DNA from: Alphaproteobacteria bacterium
Lineage (GTDB): Bacteria; Pseudomonadota; Alphaproteobacteria; MPNO01; UBA830
DNA: 64,000 bases
Direction of reading: 5' to 3'
Assembly: GCA_965243135.1 (NCBI GenBank)
Contig: OZ251539.1
Span: forward strand, 3,136,001 to 3,200,000
Under the pieces are notes generated by a model, which was not told the DNA's origin, made no database searches, and worked only from the letters and a program-made list of their open reading frames with translations. Shown piece by piece: positions 32,119 through 41,793 of this stretch (positions are counted from its first letter, which is position 1; the number at the start of each line of letters is the position of its first letter). Both the position numbers and the translations under genes were made by a program.

Positions 32119-34191
32119 TCAGAACGAATAGGAGGTGGAGAAGGAGACGAAGTCGCGGTCGCTCAGGTAGTTCTTGCCGCCGCCGTAGAGCGTGACGCTC
32201 AGATCCGCCCGCAGCCGGTCGAGCCAGCCCAGTCCGACTCCGAGAGTGACCGCGGTGCGTCCTTCGACGAAGGGGCCGCCGACGGCGCTGCTGCCGTTCA
32301 AGTCGTGCTGGTACTGCGCGTACGGCGAAAGCCGCGCCGAAGCGAAGGCGTTGTTGTAGTCCAGCCGCGCCGCCGCGCGCCAACCCCAGGAACTGGCGTC
32401 GGCAAGTTCGCTCCTGGCCCCGCCGCTGGCCAACGGAAGATCGCCCTTGCCCGGCATGTCGTGAATTCGCGTCAGCGCGACCTCCGTCGCGAACGCGAGG
32501 CTGTCGGCCCCGAAGGCGGGCCCGAACACCCGCGTCGCCGTCGCCTGGACCTGGCTGACGTCGCGCTCGATCCAGCCCTGCAATTTCCCGCCGAGCAAAC
32601 CGCGCAGGGCGGGAGCCCGCGGATCCCGTCCCAATGCCGCGGTCAAAGGCAGGAGGCCTTGCCCGAACAGATAGTCTTCGGCCAGTTGCAAGGGGCTGTC
32701 GAGATGAAACGAGTATTCTCCCTGCAGCGCCCAGCCGGTGCTGCCCAGCTGCGTGTTGAAGCTGAGGCCGAAGACCTTGAGATCTTCCGGATATTCGACG
32801 AAGTAGCGTGCGGTGCCGGCGTAGCGGTCTACGGCGAGAAGCGGCGCCACTGACCGGATACTGTTGACCTGCCCCGTGACATTATCATCGATTAGCTCCT
32901 TGGTTTCCGGTGCTCCCAGCCGGGTCGCAACGAGTTCATCGATCATCGCCTGCGGTGTTCCGGGCGGTACCCCTGCAACAACGGCTGTCCTGATCTGCGT
33001 GGCCACTTCCCGGGTCACCGCCTGCCGCACCACGCCGCTTACCGTCGGCAAATCGCCCCTCTGGACCACTTCTGCCGCCACAAGACCCGAACCGTACCCT
33101 TCCAGCGTGCCGTAACGCGCGCTGACGAGCGGCAGGCGGCTGTGATGGTTGACGAAATAGAATCCGAACTCCGTGTCGTTGAGGTTTTCGGAAAGAATGC
33201 GCATCGCGATTCCCCACTGGCCGGAATCTCGGGGATCGCGGTCCGGGCTGCGCGCCACGCCCAGGAAATCGGGTGCGCGCGCCGGTTCGCAACCCGGCCC
33301 CTCGAAGGTCGAATCTGCGATCCGGCATTCCACACGGCCCGATAGGGCGAAGTCGGCGTTGATGGCGGGGAGCAGAGGGAGCAATTCAGGCGGCAATCCT
33401 CCGCCCTTGTCGGACACGGACACGTTGGGCAGAGTGAGAAAACCCATGCGACCGCCCGGGGTTGCGTAGTCGTTGGTCGAGAAATACGTCCCGCTCGGAT
33501 CGATCTCGGTCTCCTTCCAGGCGAGCTGGTAGAAGCCCTCCAGCGACAACGCGTCCAGCGGCGCGACCGACGCCGAAATCATCGGAACCGGCAGCAGGCC
33601 GTCGCGCAGTTCGGCGCCGGGCTTGCGCAGCTTGGCGACGTCGAACGGGTTGATGACGTTGATGCCGTTCTGGATGAAGGTGCTTTCGCCCCAATTGAGG
33701 ACGTGGCTGCCGAGGCGGAAGTCGAAGGGAACGTCCCCCGCGTCGAACGCGCCCGTGACGTAGTAGTCCAGCACTTCGAAACCGTCCCCGACTTCGTCCA
33801 GCGCCTCCCTGGACAGAGCCACGTGCTTCCGGTCGCGGTTCCGGTTTTCGAAGTCGGCGAACCCCTGGACGCGGACGAACGCGCCGAGCCCGCCCCGCCA
33901 GTCGACGTCGAGTTCGCTCGTGATCTTCGCGGTGTTGCTGATGACCCCGCGCGCGTAGTTGCGGTCGCCGTCGTCGGAATTCACGCCGATGAGGCTGTCC
34001 TTCCGCTGACCAATGCGAAACGCCATGCCGTGCGTGACGGTGGTGTCGAGGCTGACCCGGGTGTCGCCCTGGCTCAAGTCGGCCGCCAGCGCCGCCGGGA
34101 GCAGGCCGACGGCGGCGAGCGCGCCCGTCAGGGCGGCCGCGAGCGATACGCCCGCCTTGCGAAGCGGCAGGTTCCTTCGTGGTTGGTTCAT
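32119..34191 (-). CDS. DUF1302 outer-membrane beta-barrel protein
   Basis: Signal peptide, NSDDGDRNY, VLNWGESTFIQNGIN, GTYFSTND, DRDFVSFSTSYSF C-terminus; RBS GAGAGG before the ATG at 34191. Confidence 0.88.
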   Translation of the reverse strand: MNQPRRNLPLRKAGVSLAAALTGALAAVGLLPAALAADLSQGDTRVSLDTTVTHGMAFRIGQRKDSLIGVNSDDGDRNYARGVISNTAKITSELDVDWRGGLGAFVRVQGFADFENRNRDRKHVALSREALDEVGDGFEVLDYYVTGAFDAGDVPFDFRLGSHVLNWGESTFIQNGINVINPFDVAKLRKPGAELRDGLLPVPMISASVAPLDALSLEGFYQLAWKETEIDPSGTYFSTNDYATPGGRMGFLTLPNVSVSDKGGGLPPELLPLLPAINADFALSGRVECRIADSTFEGPGCEPARAPDFLGVARSPDRDPRDSGQWGIAMRILSENLNDTEFGFYFVNHHSRLPLVSARYGTLEGYGSGLVAAEVVQRGDLPTVSGVVRQAVTREVATQIRTAVVAGVPPGTPQAMIDELVATRLGAPETKELIDDNVTGQVNSIRSVAPLLAVDRYAGTARYFVEYPEDLKVFGLSFNTQLGSTGWALQGEYSFHLDSPLQLAEDYLFGQGLLPLTAALGRDPRAPALRGLLGGKLQGWIERDVSQVQATATRVFGPAFGADSLAFATEVALTRIHDMPGKGDLPLASGGARSELADASSWGWRAAARLDYNNAFASARLSPYAQYQHDLNGSSAVGGPFVEGRTAVTLGVGLGWLDRLRADLSVTLYGGGKNYLSDRDFVSFSTSYSF

Positions 34192-34521
34192 CGGGTCCTC
34201 TCTCGAAGCGTCTTTCCGGCCAGTCGCGCCGCCGCGGCGAGCGGCGGCCGCAAACGGTTCGGTCATTTTCCATGCAAGGGCGCGGATGTCAAGGAACGCC
34301 GTCCGGGCGCGCGGCGCGACGCATGCATCGGCCGAAGAAGCGGCCGCGCAGGGGAACGCAACGCCCGCGTCTCGGCCTTCGAAGCCGCGGAAGCGACCGC
34401 GCGGCGCGCCGGACCCGGCTGCCGACGGGCGGACCCGCCTCGCATCGAAACCGCGATTCCCTTATGTTGGCCCGCGCTGCGGGCGGGCGGCGCGAAAGGC
34501 GTTCGGGGACATGGCTTACGG

Positions 34522-35007
34522 ATGAGGAAGATCGAGGACCTGCCGGAAATCTGGCGCGAAAGCGCGCGCGCCGAATGGTGCGATTACAACGAACATCTCA
34601 ATCTGGCGTACTACGTCCTGATCTTCGACCACGCGACAGACGCGTTCTACGATTCGGTCGGTCTCGACGAGGCCTACCGCAAGGCCACGGGCTGCTCCAC
34701 CTTCGCCGTCGAATCGCACACGAACTATCTCGCCGAACTCCGTGCGGGCGACGAGGTCTTCTGCACGACTCAGCTCCTTGGCTGCGACGCCAAGCGAATG
34801 CACTATTTTCACCGCATGTACCACGCGGAGCGGCGCTACCTTGCCGCGACCACCGAGCTCATGGGCGTCCACGTCGACCTTCGGGTTCGCAGGGTCGCGC
34901 CGATGAACGGGGATTTGATAACCGCGTTCGAACGTCTTCTGGAAGATCATCGGCAGTACCCGCGTCCCGAACAGCAAGGCCGCGTCATCGGCATTCCCGG
35001 GGCGTAG
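34522..35007 (+). CDS. Hotdog-fold thioesterase (4HBT-like; resembles carnitine-pathway thioesterases)
   Basis: EWCDYNEHLNLAYY, FAVESH..YL.EL; C-terminal part of the 33703..35007 ORF. Confidence 0.85.
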   Translation: MRKIEDLPEIWRESARAEWCDYNEHLNLAYYVLIFDHATDAFYDSVGLDEAYRKATGCSTFAVESHTNYLAELRAGDEVFCTTQLLGCDAKRMHYFHRMYHAERRYLAATTELMGVHVDLRVRRVAPMNGDLITAFERLLEDHRQYPRPEQQGRVIGIPGA

Positions 35008-35439
35008 GGCGTTTCGGCCCGGCGGCAAGGCGCAGGGAGGCCGCGATCCTGCGGCGGTCGCCGGGCGCTTGGCGGCGCGCCGGCCCTTCGACTCCTTCGT
35101 CGCGCCAGCCGCCCGCTGCGAACCCGGTCGCCGCGCGCCGACCGGCGCGCGAACGGCGGCCCGGCCGGCAACCCGCGGCCCCCTGCGCGAAGGACGGCGG
35201 CTTGACCGCGCCTGCGGGAGCGCGAAACGAGCGAACGGGAGCGCCCGGCGGCCGGTTCCCGCTCGCCGCGACGGCCGCCGGATTCCGTTCCGCGAGCGCT
35301 CGCGCCGAAAAATGCCTCAAGATTCCCGATTCTGGATTCGCGTATCGAATTCCGGTATCTTTCGCTGACCTGTCACGGTCGGGGCGTCGGGTTTCGGTCG
35401 TTGGGCAATGGACCTTTACTACAGGGAAGGGACACAACA

Positions 35440-37416
35440 ATGTCGGCAAAAATTGTCTGGCTATCCATTTTCGTCCTCCTCTACTGGTGCTACTGCATCT
35501 ACTGGGGGTTCAAGTCGGCGAGGATGGCGAAGACGGCGGGCGACTACTTCATCGCGGGCCGCCAGATATCCATGTGGGTATTCGTGCTCGCGGCGACCGC
35601 GACATCGTTTTCGGGATGGACCTTCATGGGCCACCCGGGCCTGGTATACCGCGACGGCTTCCAATACGCGTACGCCTCGTTCTACACGATCACCATTCCA
35701 TTCACCGGCGTCATGTTCCTGAAGCGCCAGTGGATGTTGGGCAAGCGATTCGGATACGTCACGCCCGGCGAGATGTTCTCGGACTATTTCCAGGGCGACG
35801 CGATCCGGATTCTGACCGTCATCGTCGCGCTCCTGTTCTCCATCCCCTATCTCGGCGTCCAGCTCGGCGCGTCGGGCTTCCTGTTCAACGTCCTGACCGA
35901 CGGCTACGTCACCCAGGAATTCGGGATGTGGGTGCTGTCGCTCATCGTGCTCATCTACGTCGCCTCGGGCGGACTTCGCGCCGTGGCCTACGTGGACACC
36001 CTGCAATGCGTACTGCTCGCCATCGGCATCATCGTCACGGGCTTCATCGCCCTCAGCCTCGCCGGCGGATGGGGCGGACTGAACGAAGGCTTCGCCAAGC
36101 TGGCGGCCTCCGACGTCGCGAAGTGGGGAACGACCAAGGGCGTCGCGCTTTCCGGCGGCGACTACAATTCGTACTTCGCGATTCCGGGCGTGATCCAGTT
36201 CACGGCGGGCCTCGGCAAGGAAACGCCGATCGGCGGCCTGTGGACCGGCGTCATGGTCCTGACCTACATGTTCGCGCTGATGGGCATTCAGTCCGCGCCG
36301 GCGTTCTCGATGTGGTCCTTCGGCAATCGCAACCCGCAGCCGTTCGCGCCGCAGCAGGTCTGGGCCTCCTCGTTCGGCATCGGCCTGATCCTGTTCTTCT
36401 TCACCGCGTTCCAAGGCATGGGCGCGCATCTTCTGGGCGCCAATCCGCTGGTCAACGAGGCGAACCTCGCGATGTCGAACGCCCTTCCCGATTCGATCGC
36501 GGGGAGGCCGGATTCGCTCGTGCCGTTCTACTTCAACAACATCGCGGACGCCGCTCCGTGGCTGGTCGGCCTTCTCGCCGTCTGCGCCCTTGCGGCGATG
36601 CAGTCCACCGGAGCGGCGTACATGTCCACGGCCGGCGCGATGCTGACCCGCGACCTGTACAAGAGGTATCTCAAGCCTGACGCCAGCCACAGCGAGCAGA
36701 AGTTGTACGGCCGGTTGGGCGTCGCGTTCATCGTGATCGCCGCCCTCCTCGTCGCCACCTTCTCGCGAGACGCGCTGGTGCTGCTCGGGGGCCTGGCGGT
36801 GGCGTTCGGCTTTCAGATGTGGCCGGCGCTGGCGTCGGTTTGCTGGTTTCCGTGGCTCACCCGCCAAGGCGTGACCTGGGGGCTGGCCGCAGGTTTGCTG
36901 GCGGTCATCTTCACCGAGACCTTCGGACAGCAGATCGCCGGAACCATCGGCCTCGAGCTGCCGTGGGGCCGCTGGCCGTGGACCATCCATTCGGCGGGAT
37001 GGGGCATCTTCTTCAACCTGCTGATATGCCTTCCGGTCTCGGCGATGACCCAGGACGAGAGCGCGCGGGCGCATCGCATGCAGTTCCACAACTTCCTGCG
37101 CGAACACGCGTCTCTGTCGCCCGACAAGCGAAGCCTGGTTCCGGTAGCCTGGATCGTCACGCTGGCCTGGCTGTTCTTCGGCATCGGTCCCGGAGCGGTC
37201 ATCGGCAACGACATCTTCGGCGCGCCCAACGCCGGCATCGACGGCTGGACCTTCGGGATCCCGTCGATCTGGGCCTGGCAGATCCTGTTCTGGGTGCTGG
37301 GCGTCGCCATGATGTGGTTCCTCGCCTACAAGATGGAAATGTCGACCGTGCCCGAGCGCGAAATCGAAGCGCTGGTCGAAGACATCGGCGACAAGGCCGC
37401 GCAACAGAGCGGCTGA
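35440..37416 (+). CDS. Sodium:solute symporter family protein
   Basis: DYFIAGR, ATSFSGWTF.GHPG, GGLRAVAYVD, AAMQST; about 14 TM segments. Confidence 0.92.
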   Translation: MSAKIVWLSIFVLLYWCYCIYWGFKSARMAKTAGDYFIAGRQISMWVFVLAATATSFSGWTFMGHPGLVYRDGFQYAYASFYTITIPFTGVMFLKRQWMLGKRFGYVTPGEMFSDYFQGDAIRILTVIVALLFSIPYLGVQLGASGFLFNVLTDGYVTQEFGMWVLSLIVLIYVASGGLRAVAYVDTLQCVLLAIGIIVTGFIALSLAGGWGGLNEGFAKLAASDVAKWGTTKGVALSGGDYNSYFAIPGVIQFTAGLGKETPIGGLWTGVMVLTYMFALMGIQSAPAFSMWSFGNRNPQPFAPQQVWASSFGIGLILFFFTAFQGMGAHLLGANPLVNEANLAMSNALPDSIAGRPDSLVPFYFNNIADAAPWLVGLLAVCALAAMQSTGAAYMSTAGAMLTRDLYKRYLKPDASHSEQKLYGRLGVAFIVIAALLVATFSRDALVLLGGLAVAFGFQMWPALASVCWFPWLTRQGVTWGLAAGLLAVIFTETFGQQIAGTIGLELPWGRWPWTIHSAGWGIFFNLLICLPVSAMTQDESARAHRMQFHNFLREHASLSPDKRSLVPVAWIVTLAWLFFGIGPGAVIGNDIFGAPNAGIDGWTFGIPSIWAWQILFWVLGVAMMWFLAYKMEMSTVPEREIEALVEDIGDKAAQQSG

Positions 37417-37431
37417 CCGCCCGCGCTTCGA

Positions 37432-37460
37432 ACCCGGGGAAGGACGGTCCTTCCCCGGGT
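37432..37460. repeat. Perfect inverted repeat with 14-bp arms after the symporter
   Basis: ACCCGGGGAAGGAC-G-GTCCTTCCCCGGGT, no U-tract. Confidence 0.7.
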
Positions 37461-37474
37461 CCTGAACCGACCGC

Positions 37475-37717
37475 ATGGAAGATCTGTTCACAGGCCGGTT
37501 TCAGCTATTCTGGGCGGTGGCCCTGGCCGGACTGCTTTTCCTTCCGGTCAGGCAACTCGTCTGGGTGCTCTCGGTTCGGCGCGCCGAACGCGACGGCGCG
37601 AAAACGGGCGACGAGGAGCGTCGGCGGCTTCGTCGGCGTTCTTCCGTCACCGCCGGGTTGCTCGTGTTCGTCTTTTCCTATTTCTACACGCTTCAACTCT
37701 TCCGGGACGGCGCATGA
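37475..37717 (+). CDS. Small two-TM membrane protein
   Basis: Two hydrophobic segments flanking a basic loop; stop overlaps the next start (ATGA). Confidence 0.7.
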   Translation: MEDLFTGRFQLFWAVALAGLLFLPVRQLVWVLSVRRAERDGAKTGDEERRRLRRRSSVTAGLLVFVFSYFYTLQLFRDGA

Positions 37718-38325
37718 ACGCCCGCGTTCTCCGGCGGTTCGTCATTCTGCTGGCGGTCGCCACCGGGGCGATGCTCACCGTCTGGACGATCGTTCTTCCG
37801 ATGGTGCGGAGCCCGCCCGGCGATTACGAAACCCGTCAGGGGGACATCCTGCTCGGCGACGGAAAGCTCGACGAGGCTCTGACCAGGTTCGACGAGGCGC
37901 TCGCCGCCTCGCCGGACCACCGGGGCGCGCTGATGGGACGCGCGCTGGTCTTCATCCAGAGCGAGAACTACCCGGATGCGAAAGCGGAGCTGACATACCT
38001 GATCCGCTTTTTGACGCGCTCCCTCGATCAAAGCGACATCACCGGGCGCGGGGTTCTCGCCGCCGCCTACGCCAACCGCGGGATCGTGCACGACCGGCTC
38101 GGACATTACCGGAAGGCGCTGGAAGACTACGTGGCGGCGCTCAGGACCGACGAGGGAACGCTGGAAGGCCCGGGGCTTTTCGAGAAGATCATCTACGGAA
38201 CGCCGCGGCCCTCGACCGTGCGCAAACGCGCCCGGTACATTTACGAACAGCTCCAGCTCCCCCCTGAAAAACGCCTGCTGCGCGTACCGGAAATCGACCG
38301 CAAGCAGCGCATGCACAAGCCCTGA
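37714..38325 (+). CDS. Membrane-anchored TPR protein
   Basis: N-terminal TM; TPR motifs (ALTRFDEAL, AYANRGIVHDRLG.YRKALEDY). Confidence 0.82.
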   Translation: MNARVLRRFVILLAVATGAMLTVWTIVLPMVRSPPGDYETRQGDILLGDGKLDEALTRFDEALAASPDHRGALMGRALVFIQSENYPDAKAELTYLIRFLTRSLDQSDITGRGVLAAAYANRGIVHDRLGHYRKALEDYVAALRTDEGTLEGPGLFEKIIYGTPRPSTVRKRARYIYEQLQLPPEKRLLRVPEIDRKQRMHKP

Positions 38326-38333
38326 GCCGGGCC

Positions 38334-38534
38334 TCAGAAAGTGACGACGCCAAGCACGTCCTGGAAGAGCACGAGAAAAAAGAAGACGGCGGCGATGCAG
38401 CCGAAAAGCAGATGCACGAAGTCCTGCTGCCCGTCGGGATTGCGCTTTCTCAGGCCGTTCCACGCGATGGCGGCCGTCGCCGCGAGAAAAATCCAGTTGA
38501 CCGCCGTTTCGTATTCCCCGGTGAACTCGAACAT
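38334..38534 (-). CDS. Small two-TM membrane protein
   Basis: 66 aa, two TM segments, RBS-like GAGGG upstream. Confidence 0.65.
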   Translation of the reverse strand: MFEFTGEYETAVNWIFLAATAAIAWNGLRKRNPDGQQDFVHLLFGCIAAVFFFLVLFQDVLGVVTF

Positions 38535-38561
38535 ACCCTCTTCCTCTCCGCGGCTCCCGTT

Positions 38562-39029
38562 TCACTGCCCGGCCGGAACCAGCTCCCTCTTCTCGAAATA
38601 AGGCGGCAGGATAGATCCTCCCTCTTCGGTTGAATAGTGGGCGAGCGCCAGTCCAAGCGCGAGAACGCTGAACACGGCGACCGACGCGACCGCGAACCTG
38701 CGTCCAGCTCGCGGCACGGGCTTGACGTAGTCGGGATCGTAGCGATGAAAGCGCGGATCTCGCCAGTCGAGCGCGCCCCTGGCGTCGAGGTCGAGAATAT
38801 TCCGCGCGTAGTGCCGCGCCCAATGCGGCACGCTGTCGCGAAGCATGTACGAAGCGAACAGCGAGTCGACCAGCGCCGCGGGGAGTTCCCGACCGTGCCA
38901 GTCGCGATACGCGAGTTGCAGAAGCTGGAACTCGCCCACCTGCAGAGCGTTGGCGGCGCGGGCGATTTCCGCCTTCTCCGGCTCCTCCTCCCGGTCCGGG
39001 CGCAGCAACGCTTTCAGGAATTCGTCCAT
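38562..39029 (-). CDS. Hypothetical membrane protein
   Basis: Protein-like composition (VGEFQLLQLAY, VPHWARHYAR), one C-terminal TM. Confidence 0.7.
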   Translation of the reverse strand: MDEFLKALLRPDREEEPEKAEIARAANALQVGEFQLLQLAYRDWHGRELPAALVDSLFASYMLRDSVPHWARHYARNILDLDARGALDWRDPRFHRYDPDYVKPVPRAGRRFAVASVAVFSVLALGLALAHYSTEEGGSILPPYFEKRELVPAGQ

Positions 39030-39115
39030 CGCAGGCTCCGTCCGCCCCCGTTATCTGATACCGTCGGTCGAGGGATCAAGGTCCGGTCCCGAAGCGCCAC
39101 GTCCAGATTCCGGCC

Positions 39116-40801
39116 ATGACAGATCCCGTCGCCGTCCGCATCCTTCGCAATCGCGTCTCCAGCGTCATGGAGGAAATGGACTATCACTTCTACCGATCCG
39201 GGTACTCCACGATCGTCCGGGAATCCAGGGATTTCAGCTGCGTTGTCGCCGACCGCAACGGACGCCTGGCGGCGGCGCCGCCGATGTTCTTCCACGGGCC
39301 GGTCTATTATCACCTCGTCCAGCGCGTTCTGGAGCTTTACGGGGAGAACGGCCTCGCCGACGGCGATTACCTCGTCTGCAATCATCCGTACGAAGGCAAC
39401 CTGCCCCACGTTCCCGACATGGCGATCGCCGCTCCCGTCTTTCACGGCGGGCGACTCGTCGCCTTCGCGGCGAGCGTCGCCCACAAGGCGGACATGGGCG
39501 GAGCGGTTCCCGGCAGCGCCTGGGGCCAGGCGACGGAACTGTTTCAGGAGGGGCTGCTTCTGCCGCCCCTCAAGATCGTCCGCGCCGGCGTTCCGAACCG
39601 CGACCTCGAACGCCTGATCGGCGCCAACTCTCGCGCGCCCGAACTGGTGCTGGGCGACATGCGGGCCCAGATCGGCGCGGTCGGAATCGGACGACGGCGC
39701 GTCGAGGCGCTGTGCCGCCGGTTCGGAGCGGACGCCTTCGCCGCGACGATGAAGGCCGTGATCGACGCGTCGGCCCGAAGTTTCAAGGCGGCGGTCGAAC
39801 GCCTGCCCGAGGGCGAACACGCCTCGGAAGGCTTTCTCGACGGCGACGGCGTCGACCGCGCCGCGCGGGTTCGCCTGCACGTCAGAATCGCCGTCGCGAA
39901 CGGGCGGGTGGAGTTCGATTTTTCCGGCTGTTCGGGCCAGACGCGGGGCCCCGCCAACCTGCGCCTCGCCATGGTCGAGGCCTGTTGCTTCTACTGCCTG
40001 ACGGGGTTTCTCGACCCCGAACTCCCGTACAGCGACGCCGCGAGGGACCTCGTGAGGTTCGTCTTCGCGCCCCGCTCCGTCCTCAACCCCGAACTGCCCG
40101 CCCCGTGCTCGTCCTACATGAAGACTTGCCACAAGCTGGTCGACGTCGTCCTGCAGGCGCTCGATCCGTTCATGCCCGGCCGGGCGATCGCCAACGCCGG
40201 CGGCAGCGGCGGCAGCATCGTCATGGCGTGGCCCGACCGCGAGCCGGGCCGCGGCAACCAGTACGAGATCTTCGGGTCCGCCTACGGCGCGGGAAAGAAC
40301 AACGACGGGGCGACCGGCGTTTCAACTCACCTCGCCAATCTCTACTGCACGCCCGTCGAGATCGTCGAATCGGAGTTCCCCTGCCGCGTCGTCCGCTACG
40401 AGCCGGTTCCCGACACCGGCGGCAACGGCGAGTTCCGCGGCGGGTTGTCCGTCCGGCGGGATTACGAACTGCTTGCGCGCGCCAGCGTCGTCTATCGCGC
40501 CGACCGGGCGGTCGTGCCGCCGGCCGGCCTTGCCGGCGGCGGCGACGGCGCCCCCAGCAGGTTCCTTCTCCATCCCGATACCCCGCAGCAAAGGCAGCTG
40601 CCTTCGTCTTTCCGCGAGGAATTCGCGCCGGGAACCCGCTTCAGCCTGCGCAGCGCCGGAGGCGGCGGTTACGGCGACCCGGCCCGCCGTTCGCCGGCCG
40701 CCCGCGCCCGCGACCTTGCGGAAGGCTACGCGACGAAGGCGGATGACGGCGTATCGAGGCTCGCGTTTGCCGAGGAAAAAGACGCGCGCCGCGGCGAATG
40801 A
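39116..40801 (+). CDS. Hydantoinase B/oxoprolinase family protein
   Basis: RSGYSTIVRESRDFS, NHPY.G..HVPD, HKADMGG, PVEIVESEFP, GGGGYGDP. Confidence 0.92.
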   Translation: MTDPVAVRILRNRVSSVMEEMDYHFYRSGYSTIVRESRDFSCVVADRNGRLAAAPPMFFHGPVYYHLVQRVLELYGENGLADGDYLVCNHPYEGNLPHVPDMAIAAPVFHGGRLVAFAASVAHKADMGGAVPGSAWGQATELFQEGLLLPPLKIVRAGVPNRDLERLIGANSRAPELVLGDMRAQIGAVGIGRRRVEALCRRFGADAFAATMKAVIDASARSFKAAVERLPEGEHASEGFLDGDGVDRAARVRLHVRIAVANGRVEFDFSGCSGQTRGPANLRLAMVEACCFYCLTGFLDPELPYSDAARDLVRFVFAPRSVLNPELPAPCSSYMKTCHKLVDVVLQALDPFMPGRAIANAGGSGGSIVMAWPDREPGRGNQYEIFGSAYGAGKNNDGATGVSTHLANLYCTPVEIVESEFPCRVVRYEPVPDTGGNGEFRGGLSVRRDYELLARASVVYRADRAVVPPAGLAGGGDGAPSRFLLHPDTPQQRQLPSSFREEFAPGTRFSLRSAGGGGYGDPARRSPAARARDLAEGYATKADDGVSRLAFAEEKDARRGE

Positions 40802-41793
40802 CCGCGCGCGCAAGAGGCGCGACGCAAAACTGGAACGATCGAAAGTTGGCCTTCGAGGCCGCGAAGGCGGCCAACAGGCTGAGCGGCGCTGAAGGTCGCA
40901 CGCCCCAGTCGCCCGATCTCAGAGAGTTACGCCTGACGCGCTCCGGAGCGGGCGGTTCTCTCCGGTTTCTCGTTGAGCCGGCCCGCCCCGCGAGGTCCGT
41001 GAAATTTCTTGTCGGACGCCGGATTTCGCCCGTCATCCGGCTCCCTTCACGGATGCATCGCGCTCCGCGCCGGCCAACGGCTGCATGCGCTTGACGGCAT
41101 GGCGTTCAGCCGCGAGGCGGGCGCCCTTGAGTTTTCGGCGCGCATTGGATGCCGGAAAAGAGAACTTTCGGTCGGCGAGAGCGGAGAGCGTCGCCGAGCG
41201 TTTCCTGGACGCGCTCGCGGGCTGACCGGCGAAGATCTCGCTGCATCGACGGCGCAATAGGAGATCCCTGCCCGACATGCGCCACGGCGCACTGCCGGGC
41301 GAACGAGAACGTCCTCGACAAGTTTCGCGAGGGGCCGGCCGTCGCGGTCTCCATGCTGTCGCGCTGCCGAACCCAAGGAAGACGCCTGCATCGCCAGCCC
41401 GACAACTTCGACGACCTGCCGACCTGCGTCCGTTACAAGGATCCCGGCAGACCGAAGCGCGAGCGCTGCGATTGTTCGCAAAGTTCGGCGACGAAATGCA
41501 GGCGCTTTCCAGGACAGGATCTCGTGCATCCTGTTCGCCATTTTCGCCAAGAAGCGGCAGGGTGCGCCTCCCTCGTTCTCGCAAACACGGAATTTTTTTG
41601 CGAACCCAGACGACCGGGCTTGATTCGGTGCGCGACAATCATATATGTTTCGAACGTCGCCCAAAGGGATGGCCGAACGTGGCCTTCAGGGATCTTTCGG
41701 ATGACTGATTCCCTGCAGGTTCGGCGTTGAGCCGAAATTCTGCTCGTCCCGGCGGATCGATTCAATCAACTCCGCATCCGGGAGATCCATCTC

